Virus record (IMG/VR): IMGVR_UViG_3300045988_112440
Length of the DNA stretch: 64,000 nucleotides
Source of the DNA: a virus
Direction: 5' to 3' (one strand)
This document shows positions 49,980 through 58,470 of the stretch, piece by piece; position 1 is the first letter of the stretch; every line of letters starts with the position of its first letter. The notes under the pieces were generated by a model, which saw nothing but the letters and a program-made list of their open reading frames with translations, was not told the origin of the DNA and did no database searches. The position numbers and the translations under genes were made by a program.

Positions 49980-52310
49980 GTGGCAGATAAGAAATTTAAT
50001 GAAAATATGATTCGTTGCTACATCAGGATAAAACGAGTCTTTTATCCGAAAGATGGGAGGGAAGTGGAGCCCGGCGGCTTCGCCACTTTCTCTGCCGAGG
50101 TGGTAAAAGTCAAGCAGGGACATCCTATCATGAGCCGATACAGCGACCTCCGGCTAAAAGGCAACGTTCCTAGCCTCGATATGAATAAAACTTATTCGTT
50201 CTGTGGTGAATATGTTCATCATGAAAAGTTTGGTGATCAGTATAAAATTATCTACATGAATGAGTTTCAAGAGATTACTGACCCGGAAGAACAAAAAAGC
50301 TTTCTCCGTTTTATCTTGACCGACCATCAGTTTGAGATGCTTTATGAAGCATTCAAGAATCCGTATGAAATCATCAAGAACGGTGATGTCAAGTCTCTTT
50401 GTACTGTTAGCGGCATTACGGAAGGTCGAGCACAAAAGATTATTGACTCCTTTGAAAACAACATTGATAACAGTGAAGCGTACACAAAACTGATTGAGTA
50501 CGGTTTGACTCCCAGTGCTATTGAAAAGCTTGTTCGTCAGTATCACGGTGCAGACATTCTGGTAAAAAAGATTGAAGAGAATCCTTACGTCTTGATTGAT
50601 GATGTGTATGGCATCGGCTGGAAAAAAGCTGACGCTCTTGCTTTAAATATGGGCTTAAAGCACAATTCGCAATTCAGAATCGAAGCCTACGTCATGCATT
50701 TTCTTGCCGCTCGTGCCGAAGAAGGTAACTCTATTATCTCGGCAAACCAGACAATCAATAGCTGTATTAAGGAACTTGATTTGAACGAGGGTGATCAAGA
50801 AGTTATCAAAATGGCACTTTTCCATCTGCATGATGTCCGTGAAACGCTTTGGTGGAGTGATGACCGTCAGGAATTTGCTTTAACTAGAGTGTGAAATCTG
50901 GAAGATAGTATTGCGAATGAAATCAAGCGTCTGGCGGATGCTCCTGTTGATCCGATTGGTCAAAATATGGATGCAGCAATCAATGAGGCCGAAAATGCGC
51001 TTGGCATCGAGTATACCGAAGAACAGAGAGATGCCATTAAAAAGGTATGCTCTAGCAACGTCTGTATTTTAACAGGCTACGGCGGAACTGGCAAAAGTAC
51101 CGTTGTCGCTGGTGTCTTAAAAGTTCTTCGTGGTAAGTCTTTTGCACAGACTGCACTCTCTGGCCGTGCTGCCGCTCGTATGCAGGAGATTACTGGTCAG
51201 GATGGAAAGACGATTCATCGTCTCCTTGGATATGACATCGAGAACGGTGGGTTTGTTCACGATAAGGACAATCCTCTGGATGAGGACATCATCATTCTGG
51301 ATGAGACCTCCATGGTTGGTGCTCAATTGTTTTACGATTTGATTCAGGCAATCGAAACCGGCAAGCGATTCATCATGATTGGTGATGACGGTCAGCTTGA
51401 GAGTATCGGTATGTGTAACATCTTCAAGGATATGCTTGCATCTAAGGTTGTTCCTGTGGCTCGTTTGACTAAGATCCATCGTCAGGCAGCCAAGTCTGCA
51501 ATTATCACGGAGAGCATTAAGGTTCGTAACGCTACGCAATTGGTGCCTTATGGCTGGGCTGGCAATGAGATTCGTGGTGAACTTCGTGATTTGGAGCTTG
51601 ATATCTATAAAGACGCAAGTGAGTCATTCAACCACATTATCAATCAGTACCGTACCTTATATAATAAGGTAGGGAATGATAGTGCGAAGATTCAGATTGT
51701 GCTTCCACAGAAGCTGCGTGGTAGTATCTGTACCTATGAAGTCAATAATGCTATTCAGGAAATTGTGAATCCGAGTCGTGGTCAAGCAGAAGCAAAGGTC
51801 ACAATCTATGGTGATGGCAAGGATAGAGCGTACACTCTGCGTGAGGGTGATCAGGTCATTATCAACAAGAACAACTATGAGCTTCACACATACAATCTCA
51901 AGACAAAGAAAAAAGAAGAGAAGTGTCCGGTGTTCAACGGAAACCGTGGCATTATCCGAAAGATTGAGAATAGTTTTATCCTGGTTGATTTTGACCAGTG
52001 GGGAACGATCTTCATTCCACATTACTTTGGTGGGAATAACGTCTGGGCAACACTTGAACTTGCTTATGCTTTAAGTTGTCATAAGTTGCAGGGCAGTGAG
52101 GCTCCGTATGTGATTGTTGGCATGGACAACTCTGCGTACCTGATGCTGACGAGAGAATGGCTCTATACGGCCATCACTCGTGCCAAGAAGTATTGTGTGA
52201 TTTGCGCCGAAACTCATGCTCTTGATCGGGCTGTAAAGACTTCGAGAGTTCCATATAAGCGGACGTTCTTGAAGGAATTTTTACGGAAAGAATTTTCAGA
52301 AAAGCATTGA
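49980..52310 (+). CDS. RecD2-like SF1 helicase with one in-frame TGA (50892-50894)
   Basis: Track ORFs 49980-50894 and 50967-52310 share a frame. 24 sense codons bridge them and ATG 50967 has no SD. Walker A GYGGTGKST, Walker B IIILDETSM. Confidence 0.7.
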
Positions 52311-52343
52311 CAATCATATTGGTGTCCTGTATAATGTAGCTAT
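52307..52343 (+). promoter_or_regulatory. consensus sigma-70 promoter carrying a forward-type motif copy
   Basis: TTGACA (52307-52312, overlaps the helicase stop), 17 bp spacer, TATAAT (52330-52335). Motif GTGTCCTGTATAATGTAGCTAT at 52322-52343. Confidence 0.7.
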
Positions 52344-52381
52344 AAGAAGTCTCTATCCCAGAGGCTTAAAATTCTCTCTTT

Positions 52382-52401
52382 AACTATATAATACAGGATA
52401 C
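52382..52401 (+). promoter_or_regulatory. ACAGGATAC-core motif, reverse-type copy
   Basis: AACTATATAATACAGGATAC. Centre is 58 bp from the 52322-52343 copy. Confidence 0.6.
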
Positions 52402-52404
52402 GGG

Positions 52405-52441
52405 AAAGAAATGGCTTGCTCGTAACGACAAGCCTTTCTTT
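52405..52441 (+). terminator. strong ~17-bp hairpin (attenuator/terminator or processing site)
   Basis: AAAGAAA.GGCTTG.TCG-taa-CGA.CAAGCC.TTTCTTT with two bulges. The 3' arm is T-rich but no free U-tract follows. Confidence 0.45.
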
Positions 52442-52450
52442 ATTGGCTAT

Positions 52451-52470
52451 AACTATATAATACAGGATAC
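52451..52470 (+). promoter_or_regulatory. ACAGGATAC-core motif, reverse-type copy
   Basis: Same 20-mer as 52382-52401, 69 bp downstream. Ends 13 nt before ATG 52484. Confidence 0.6.
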
Positions 52471-52483
52471 GCAAGGAGGCTTT

Positions 52484-53815
52484 ATGACAGATAAAGAGCT
52501 CATAGGTAAGCTTGATGCGATGGTTAAGGCATTGCAGAAAGCAAAGAAGAAGACGGACAAAACCCGCATTTTGCTGGATGCACGAAAGGATTTTGGCGAC
52601 GAAGATAATGAGCTGATGTTTTTCTTCAGATTTTTGCTTGACCCAGCAATTGTGACTGGACTGTCTGACGCAAAGATCAACAAGAAGGTGGCGGCAAAGC
52701 CTGATTTGGATTTTGAGCATTACAGTTGTGGATGTCTTTATCTAATGGGTAAAGGTCACAACACTGGCTCTGATGCATCCATCGCAACAATCCAAAATTA
52801 CTTACATAAAAACCATGAGTACGAAGAGTTCCTGAAGCGACTGTTCACTAAGAACCTGCCGATTGGAGTTGAAGCAGCTACCATCAATAAGGTGTACGGC
52901 GAAGAGATTATTCCTGTCTGGGAGGTTCAGCAGGGATATCCGATTGACAAGGTAAAGCTGAAAGATGGTATTTGGTTTAGTTTGAGCCAGAAGATGAATG
53001 GCAACCGGGGCACTATGCATAGAGGTGAAATTATTTCTCGTCAAGCACAGAAGTTTAAGGGACTCGACCATATAAAGAATGACCTGCTTTCTCTATACGA
53101 TGGAGACGCCTCCAGGCGAGATGCGTGGGTGTTTGATGGCGAACTTATCTATAAGAATCCAGAAGGAATGTCAGATGGAGAGGCTTTTCGTTATGGCACT
53201 GGCCTACTTAATTCTGACAACAAGGACAAGGCAGGAATCAAATTTGTGATTTTTGATGTGATTCCTGTTGTAGAGTTCGACCGTGGAAAGTGTACTATCC
53301 CATATAAAATTCGCCGTATTTGGTTAAATTGTCTTCGTGCAGAGATTACTCGCAAGCACCTTGAAAATATTGAGATTGTTCCCATGGTCTATGAAGGAAA
53401 AGACCAAAGCGTGATTCCAAAGTGGCTTGATTATGCTGTCGAGCACGATTGGGAAGGTCTTATGTTGAACACGGACGTCCCTTATCGCCGGGCTCGTCAC
53501 AACGGATGTCTCAAAATAAAGCGATTCTACACTGTTGATCTACGAATCACAGCGATTGAGGAAGGTCAGAACCGTCTGGCTGGTACGATGGGCGCTCTTG
53601 TTGTTGACTACAAGGGCAACGAGCTTCGTGTCGGATCTGGTTTTGATGATGTTACGAGAGTTGCTGTGTGGGCGAATCCAGATGACTACATTGGCAAAAT
53701 TGTTGAGTGTAAATACAAAGAGGTCACGATGGACAAAAAGACTGGCCTTGAGTCTCTGCAGTTCCCGACGTTTGTACGATTCCGAAACGACAAGAACGAA
53801 GTGAGTTACGGATAA
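52484..53815 (+). CDS. ATP-dependent DNA ligase
   Basis: ORF track. SD AAGGAGG. Adenylation motif SQKMNGNRG (KxxG), then EGLMLN and LKIK. Confidence 0.75.
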   Translation: MTDKELIGKLDAMVKALQKAKKKTDKTRILLDARKDFGDEDNELMFFFRFLLDPAIVTGLSDAKINKKVAAKPDLDFEHYSCGCLYLMGKGHNTGSDASIATIQNYLHKNHEYEEFLKRLFTKNLPIGVEAATINKVYGEEIIPVWEVQQGYPIDKVKLKDGIWFSLSQKMNGNRGTMHRGEIISRQAQKFKGLDHIKNDLLSLYDGDASRRDAWVFDGELIYKNPEGMSDGEAFRYGTGLLNSDNKDKAGIKFVIFDVIPVVEFDRGKCTIPYKIRRIWLNCLRAEITRKHLENIEIVPMVYEGKDQSVIPKWLDYAVEHDWEGLMLNTDVPYRRARHNGCLKIKRFYTVDLRITAIEEGQNRLAGTMGALVVDYKGNELRVGSGFDDVTRVAVWANPDDYIGKIVECKYKEVTMDKKTGLESLQFPTFVRFRNDKNEVSYG

Positions 53816-53825
53816 GGAGAAGGTT

Positions 53826-54098
53826 ATGAATCTTTCCAAGAAGTCCATTAAACACATTCTTCGGATTCTTGACAATAAATGTATCGAAGTTCCTACAAAG
53901 ACATCCGCTTATAACAGTAGTGGATGTAGAATTTTGACTCGTGATTTTGAGCCAAAGAAGTCACACGGAACGAATGGTTGGCAACGAATCGTCTATGTAC
54001 CGTCCGAAGGATATTTCTACGGAATTTATAACGGAAAATCGGAAGAAGATTGGGATATTTCAGATATCTGGTCTCCTGCCCAGCTTTCTGATTTGTGA
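53826..54098 (+). CDS. hypothetical protein
   Basis: ORF track. SD TAAGGAGAAGG. Confidence 0.7.
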   Translation: MNLSKKSIKHILRILDNKCIEVPTKTSAYNSSGCRILTRDFEPKKSHGTNGWQRIVYVPSEGYFYGIYNGKSEEDWDISDIWSPAQLSDL

Positions 54099-54106
54099 GG
54101 TTTACA

Positions 54107-54331
54107 ATGTTTGTTTTAACACAGAATCAAACCGGAGTTGCTGATACCAGTAAATGTTTTGGAATCCATATTGTAGATGAATCAACAGTAATCAGAGCGT
54201 ATACATTTGATGGAGATGGATGGATGAAACTTGGTAAATATAAAACAGTAGAACGAGCAAAAGAAGTAATTCAAGAAATTAACACTGCTCTTTGTGAGAA
54301 CCGTGTTAGTTTCGATATGCCGGAGGACTAA
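54107..54331 (+). CDS. hypothetical protein, tandem paralogue A
   Basis: ORF 54095-54331, trimmed to ATG 54107 after GTGAGG. Ends ...SFDMPED. Confidence 0.65.
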   Translation: MFVLTQNQTGVADTSKCFGIHIVDESTVIRAYTFDGDGWMKLGKYKTVERAKEVIQEINTALCENRVSFDMPED

Positions 54332-54332
54332 A

Positions 54333-54548
54333 ATGCTACTTTTAACGCAGGGCGGAGAAATTATAAATCTTGAACGCATGGCGATCATTGATGCCGCAAG
54401 CCTTAATGTTTACGCACGACAAGGCATGGGTGAACGTGGAATTATTCTTGGTAGTTATAATTCTGAGAGCAGATGCTACAATGTTATTGCAGAAATTTAT
54501 GACGAATATGCACATGGACAGGATGTGTATTCTATGCCGAAGGATTAA
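54333..54548 (+). CDS. hypothetical protein, tandem paralogue B
   Basis: Frame of ORF 54294-54548. ATG 54333 follows GGAGGA. Ends ...YSMPKD. Confidence 0.65.
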   Translation: MLLLTQGGEIINLERMAIIDAASLNVYARQGMGERGIILGSYNSESRCYNVIAEIYDEYAHGQDVYSMPKD

Positions 54549-54550
54549 CT

Positions 54551-54790
54551 ATGAACGACTTCCGAAAACTAGCCATTCCAAAGAAAGAACGACTTGAAGT
54601 TCAACTTACGGATGGCACAGAAAAACACAATATATTGTACATAATTACATCTCTAGCCACTATTAAAGGTGCTGAGATTTTTAAAAATTTTCGTTTGTAT
54701 TCTGTAGGCTCCGCCGGGGAGCTCAACTTACTAGAGAAGCAAGACGGCGATCCCTACTTTGATAAGCTGAAAGGAACAGAATATGAGTAA
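54551..54790 (+). CDS. hypothetical protein
   Basis: ORF track. SD GAAGGA. Confidence 0.65.
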   Translation: MNDFRKLAIPKKERLEVQLTDGTEKHNILYIITSLATIKGAEIFKNFRLYSVGSAGELNLLEKQDGDPYFDKLKGTEYE

Positions 54791-55130
54791 TTCGATGAAT
54801 CGAGAAGACCGGCGCAGAGAGCAGCGTAAGGCACGAATCCTTGCCCGGCGAATCAAAAAGGCCGGTGGTCCCGACTTTCTGGCTGGAATGCCGGTTGAAG
54901 AGTGGGAGCCAAAGATTGGTGATGAGGTTACTATTAAGGTAAAGAGGATTCAGGGCAAGAAGGACTTCTTTAAGATGAGTCCTCAGTATCAGGACTTTAT
55001 CAATAGCCTTGAGGATGGAAAGCCTTACAAGATTACCAGTACCGGTATGAAGGGTCAGGTTTACGGCATTGACGCACATCCTTATTTCCAGATTTGGAAG
55101 GGTGATATGGAACCCTACAAGGAGCCCTAA
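54783..55130 (+). CDS. hypothetical protein (Arg-rich N-terminus)
   Basis: ORF track. SD AAAGGAA. Confidence 0.65.
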   Translation: MSNSMNREDRRREQRKARILARRIKKAGGPDFLAGMPVEEWEPKIGDEVTIKVKRIQGKKDFFKMSPQYQDFINSLEDGKPYKITSTGMKGQVYGIDAHPYFQIWKGDMEPYKEP

Positions 55131-55381
55131 TGAGGATGTACTTCAGAACGGACTATTACAGTTATGTTGCTACAATAGATACTTTTGTTCAACTTAAAAA
55201 GGGTAACGCATACGAAGTGTTCGCAGATTTGGATGAATATTACATTATTATGATGGATGGTATGCCATTTGAAAAAGAACTAGGCATCGTAGTTGTGATT
55301 CCCAAAGAAGACCTTGAAGATGATGTATATGTCGTGACTGGTAAGAGCGAAAAACTTGAGGAAGGAGGTGGGACGATATGA
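55130..55381 (+). CDS. hypothetical protein
   Basis: ORF track. SD AAGGAG. TAATG overlap. Confidence 0.65.
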   Translation: MRMYFRTDYYSYVATIDTFVQLKKGNAYEVFADLDEYYIIMMDGMPFEKELGIVVVIPKEDLEDDVYVVTGKSEKLEEGGGTI

Positions 55382-55581
55382 TTGGTATTGACCATCGTGA
55401 ACAGGGACGTAAAGAACGAGCCCTTGCAGAATATTATAGAACCTTGGCTCGATATCCGACTGAATGTGGAGAGCCGATTACATATCAGTTGTCAGAAGAG
55501 CAGCTTAAACAGATTCTCTGTGGAGAGATTACTGTTGATGAATTGATTGAAAGAGGTGAGGTAAATGAGAGACAGGATTAA
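55378..55581 (+). CDS. hypothetical protein
   Basis: ORF track. SD GAAGGAGGTG. Confidence 0.7.
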   Translation: MIGIDHREQGRKERALAEYYRTLARYPTECGEPITYQLSEEQLKQILCGEITVDELIERGEVNERQD

Positions 55582-55729
55582 GATGTGGATCGCCTTCATT
55601 AAGATTTTTAAGGATTATCTTATTGCGGCCGGAATCATGATTGCGTTGTGGTTGCTGTCTTGCCTTATCAAATATGAGATTTCAGTATCCAGTTTTCCAG
55701 ATTGGTTTAAGTTTGCACTTCTAAAATAA
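55565..55729 (+). CDS. small membrane protein (54 aa)
   Basis: Below the track cutoff. ATG 55565 follows GAGGTGAGG. WIAFIKIF...AAGIMIALWLLSCLI. Confidence 0.5.
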   Translation: MRDRIKMWIAFIKIFKDYLIAAGIMIALWLLSCLIKYEISVSSFPDWFKFALLK

Positions 55730-55740
55730 AGGAGGATTAA

Positions 55741-55965
55741 ATGGTAACAGATATTCTTAATAGAGAGATTCATGTTGGCGACACGGTACTTAGAGCTAGA
55801 ACTCGAAATGGTCGCGGAGTTCTTTGGAGTATTCATAAAGTTATCTCCATTATGAACGTAATGATTAAGATTCAAGACGGAAAGTACACAACGAATGTTG
55901 CACCCAGGAATTGTATCGTAATTGACGAGAGTGACATTCCTGAAAACTGGCAGGACGAATATTAA
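55741..55965 (+). CDS. hypothetical protein
   Basis: ORF track. SD AAAGGAGGA. Confidence 0.7.
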   Translation: MVTDILNREIHVGDTVLRARTRNGRGVLWSIHKVISIMNVMIKIQDGKYTTNVAPRNCIVIDESDIPENWQDEY

Positions 55966-55975
55966 GGAGAGTTGA

Positions 55976-56692
55976 ATGACTGTTGATTTGATCGCATACA
56001 CACAGCGAGTTGTTCCTACAAGTGATAAGAACCCTTTAGATATTGTGGAGGAAGCTGCGAGTATTTGTTATGATTCTTCAATGACTGACGACTACAAAAT
56101 TGCCAAGGGATGTAAAGCCAGTGGTCACTATTCTGTGCTTGAACACATCAACTTTACGTTCTACGTCAAAGATGTAAGTCGAGCACTTCTGGCACAGATT
56201 AGTCGTCATCGACATATTAGCATGAGCTGCCGCAGCCAGCGTTATTGCAGCGAGGATGGATTCAAGTATGTGAACCCGTTTACCGGTGAAGATGCTGATG
56301 TTTTCGATAATATGATGTCGGACATTGATACCGATTATCAGATCCTCAAGAAGTATCACAACGCCAAAAACGAAGACGCCCGTGCAGTTCTGCCAAATGC
56401 TTGCTGTACAGAGTTTTACATTACGATGAACGCTCGTGCTTTGATTGAGATGAGTCATCTTCGACTTTGCTCCAGGGCTCAAAAAGAAATCCGCGAGATG
56501 TTTACAGAAATGAAGAATGAAGTTGCACAGGTTTGCCCTGAAGTAGCAAACTGGATGGTTCCTTCCTGCGAGGCTAATCCGAAGTATCCGTTCTGCCCAG
56601 AGGGTCGTGGTTGCTGTGGTCGTCACCCGAAGCTGGCAGATGTTTATAAGCCTATTGAAAAGAACAAGGAGGTTATTGATGGAAACACTTGA
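55976..56692 (+). CDS. thyX: FAD-dependent thymidylate synthase ThyX
   Basis: ORF track. ThyX signature ISRHRHIS (RHRxxS), plus HYSVLEH. Confidence 0.85.
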   Translation: MTVDLIAYTQRVVPTSDKNPLDIVEEAASICYDSSMTDDYKIAKGCKASGHYSVLEHINFTFYVKDVSRALLAQISRHRHISMSCRSQRYCSEDGFKYVNPFTGEDADVFDNMMSDIDTDYQILKKYHNAKNEDARAVLPNACCTEFYITMNARALIEMSHLRLCSRAQKEIREMFTEMKNEVAQVCPEVANWMVPSCEANPKYPFCPEGRGCCGRHPKLADVYKPIEKNKEVIDGNT

Positions 56693-57164
56693 CAAAATTA
56701 AGAAGAACGTCGATCATCCGTCTCATTACGGCGGTGCAGACAATCCCTATGAGGCCATCAAAGTGCTACGGGAGTGGCGGTTAGACAAGGATGCTTATCT
56801 TTGGAATGTTGGTAAGTATCTAAGCCGGGCAGGTCACAAAGATGGTAATTCTCAGCTTCAAGATTTGACGAAGGCACGTTGGTATTTGGACTATAAAATC
56901 CGGCTTTTAGAGGAACAACAGAAGATTGCTGAAAGTGTCGTAGATATGCTAAAGAAGATTCCTGATAAGGCTAATGATAAGCTGACTACGATGCCAAAGA
57001 AGGACATTAACGATTATTTTTATGATCCAAATCTCGGCGGTGTCTGCCATGATTTGGTTTATCGTCCTGATGATTCATTTAAAGAAAAACTGGCAAAAGC
57101 AGAGCCGATGTGCAACATCGAGACTGCCGTGGTTCCTGATTGCGCCGATGAGGTCAAGTTTTAA
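56679..57164 (+). CDS. DUF3310-like phage protein
   Basis: ORF 56607-57164, trimmed to ATG 56679 after AAGGAGG. HPSHYGG...NPYEAIKV pattern. Confidence 0.6.
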   Translation: METLDKIKKNVDHPSHYGGADNPYEAIKVLREWRLDKDAYLWNVGKYLSRAGHKDGNSQLQDLTKARWYLDYKIRLLEEQQKIAESVVDMLKKIPDKANDKLTTMPKKDINDYFYDPNLGGVCHDLVYRPDDSFKEKLAKAEPMCNIETAVVPDCADEVKF

Positions 57165-57177
57165 GAGGTTTACATAA

Positions 57178-57735
57178 ATGAGATACAACTGGAAGTTACC
57201 TATTATCGTTATTTGTGTCGTGCTGATTTCCATTCTTGGTATGACCTTTATGGTGCAGGGGCCTAAGAACACGGCCATCTCTTATGAAGAGCAGATTCAG
57301 GAAGCTAAGTCTGGCATTGAGATTCAGGAGAAGCGCAGAGCTGATCTGATTCCAAATTTGGTTGAAACCGTCAAGGCTTATGACCAACATGAGTATCAGA
57401 CTTTGATGGATGTTGTGAATGCTCGTGGCGCTTCCGGCCAGACCGCTCAAGAGATCACGACTCAGATTGCAGCTATTGCAGAAGCATATCCTGAACTGAA
57501 GTCTAGCGACAACTACAAGGAGCTTATGAATGAGCTATCCGTCACTGAAAATTTGATTGCAAACTATCGTGGCGATTACAATCGTGTCGTGAAGGAATAT
57601 AAGCAGAGCGTTCGTAAGTTTCCGAACTCCTTTCTGCTGGGTCTGACTGGATATGAGGTTCAGAATTATGAGTATCTGTCCTATGAGGGGAATGAGGCAG
57701 CACCGGCAGTCGGCAACCTTTTTGGAAATCGGTAA
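57178..57735 (+). CDS. lemA: LemA-family membrane protein
   Basis: ORF track. N-terminal TM segment, then EEQIQEAKSGIEIQEKRRADLIPNLVETVK...YPELKS typical of LemA. Confidence 0.75.
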   Translation: MRYNWKLPIIVICVVLISILGMTFMVQGPKNTAISYEEQIQEAKSGIEIQEKRRADLIPNLVETVKAYDQHEYQTLMDVVNARGASGQTAQEITTQIAAIAEAYPELKSSDNYKELMNELSVTENLIANYRGDYNRVVKEYKQSVRKFPNSFLLGLTGYEVQNYEYLSYEGNEAAPAVGNLFGNR

Positions 57736-58459
57736 TGCCGAAATTACTTATCGTGAATTGATCGTCAGTGTTGGTATTGTGTTCATTATGCTGATACTTG
57801 GTAGCGTTATCGCTGGAAATATCACCAGAGATTCGCTTGAGCAGAAGAAAGAATATAATACAGCAATTTCGATTGAGTCCGAAAATATGTTAGATTATGG
57901 AATAAGAACTAACGTAGGCAACGCCTTTTGCCAAGGCGCACTAGAAGCAGTAGATACCGTAAGTGATTCACGTATCGACGGACAGTGGATGTACATCTAT
58001 TGCGAAGAAAAGCATTATACGATGCATACACGAACTGTAACTACTACGGATAGCAAAGGCCATACAAAAACAAGAGTCGAAACGTACTGGACTTGGGATT
58101 ATTACAGTTCAGAAGAACACAATTCTAAGAATATTACGTTTCTTGGCAAAGAATTCAAGTATGGTGACATCAAAATGCCATCAAGCAAGTACCTGACAAC
58201 TGTACAAGTCAGTCCTCATGTGAAATTCGAGTTTTATGTCAAAGAAGTTCATTATGATGGTACGTTGTTTGCAAATTTGAGCGACGAAAGTATACATGAT
58301 GCACAATTCATTAAGGATAAAAACATCGAAGAAGCACGAGATTATATGATTTCTGCAGCTGGTACACGGGTGATTTGGTTTTGGGTATTCTGGGTCGTAT
58401 TGATGGTAGTTGCGGTTGGAGCTTTCTATGTGGCAGAAAATCGTTGGTTGGAAGATTAA
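57668..58459 (+). CDS. membrane protein with N- and C-terminal TM segments
   Basis: ORF 57653-58459. ATG 57668 lies 8 nt after GAGGT. Overlaps the lemA 3' end by 68 nt, so the start is uncertain. Confidence 0.55.
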   Translation: MSICPMRGMRQHRQSATFLEIGNAEITYRELIVSVGIVFIMLILGSVIAGNITRDSLEQKKEYNTAISIESENMLDYGIRTNVGNAFCQGALEAVDTVSDSRIDGQWMYIYCEEKHYTMHTRTVTTTDSKGHTKTRVETYWTWDYYSSEEHNSKNITFLGKEFKYGDIKMPSSKYLTTVQVSPHVKFEFYVKEVHYDGTLFANLSDESIHDAQFIKDKNIEEARDYMISAAGTRVIWFWVFWVVLMVVAVGAFYVAENRWLED

Positions 58460-58470
58460 GGAGTGATTGC

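Noticed and set aside
50892-50940. Selenocysteine insertion at the helicase TGA.
   Set aside because: I see no SECIS-like hairpin in the ~40 nt downstream, no tRNA-Sec among the seven tRNAs, and no selA/selB-like gene in the window. The helicase context does not suggest a redox Cys/Sec site.
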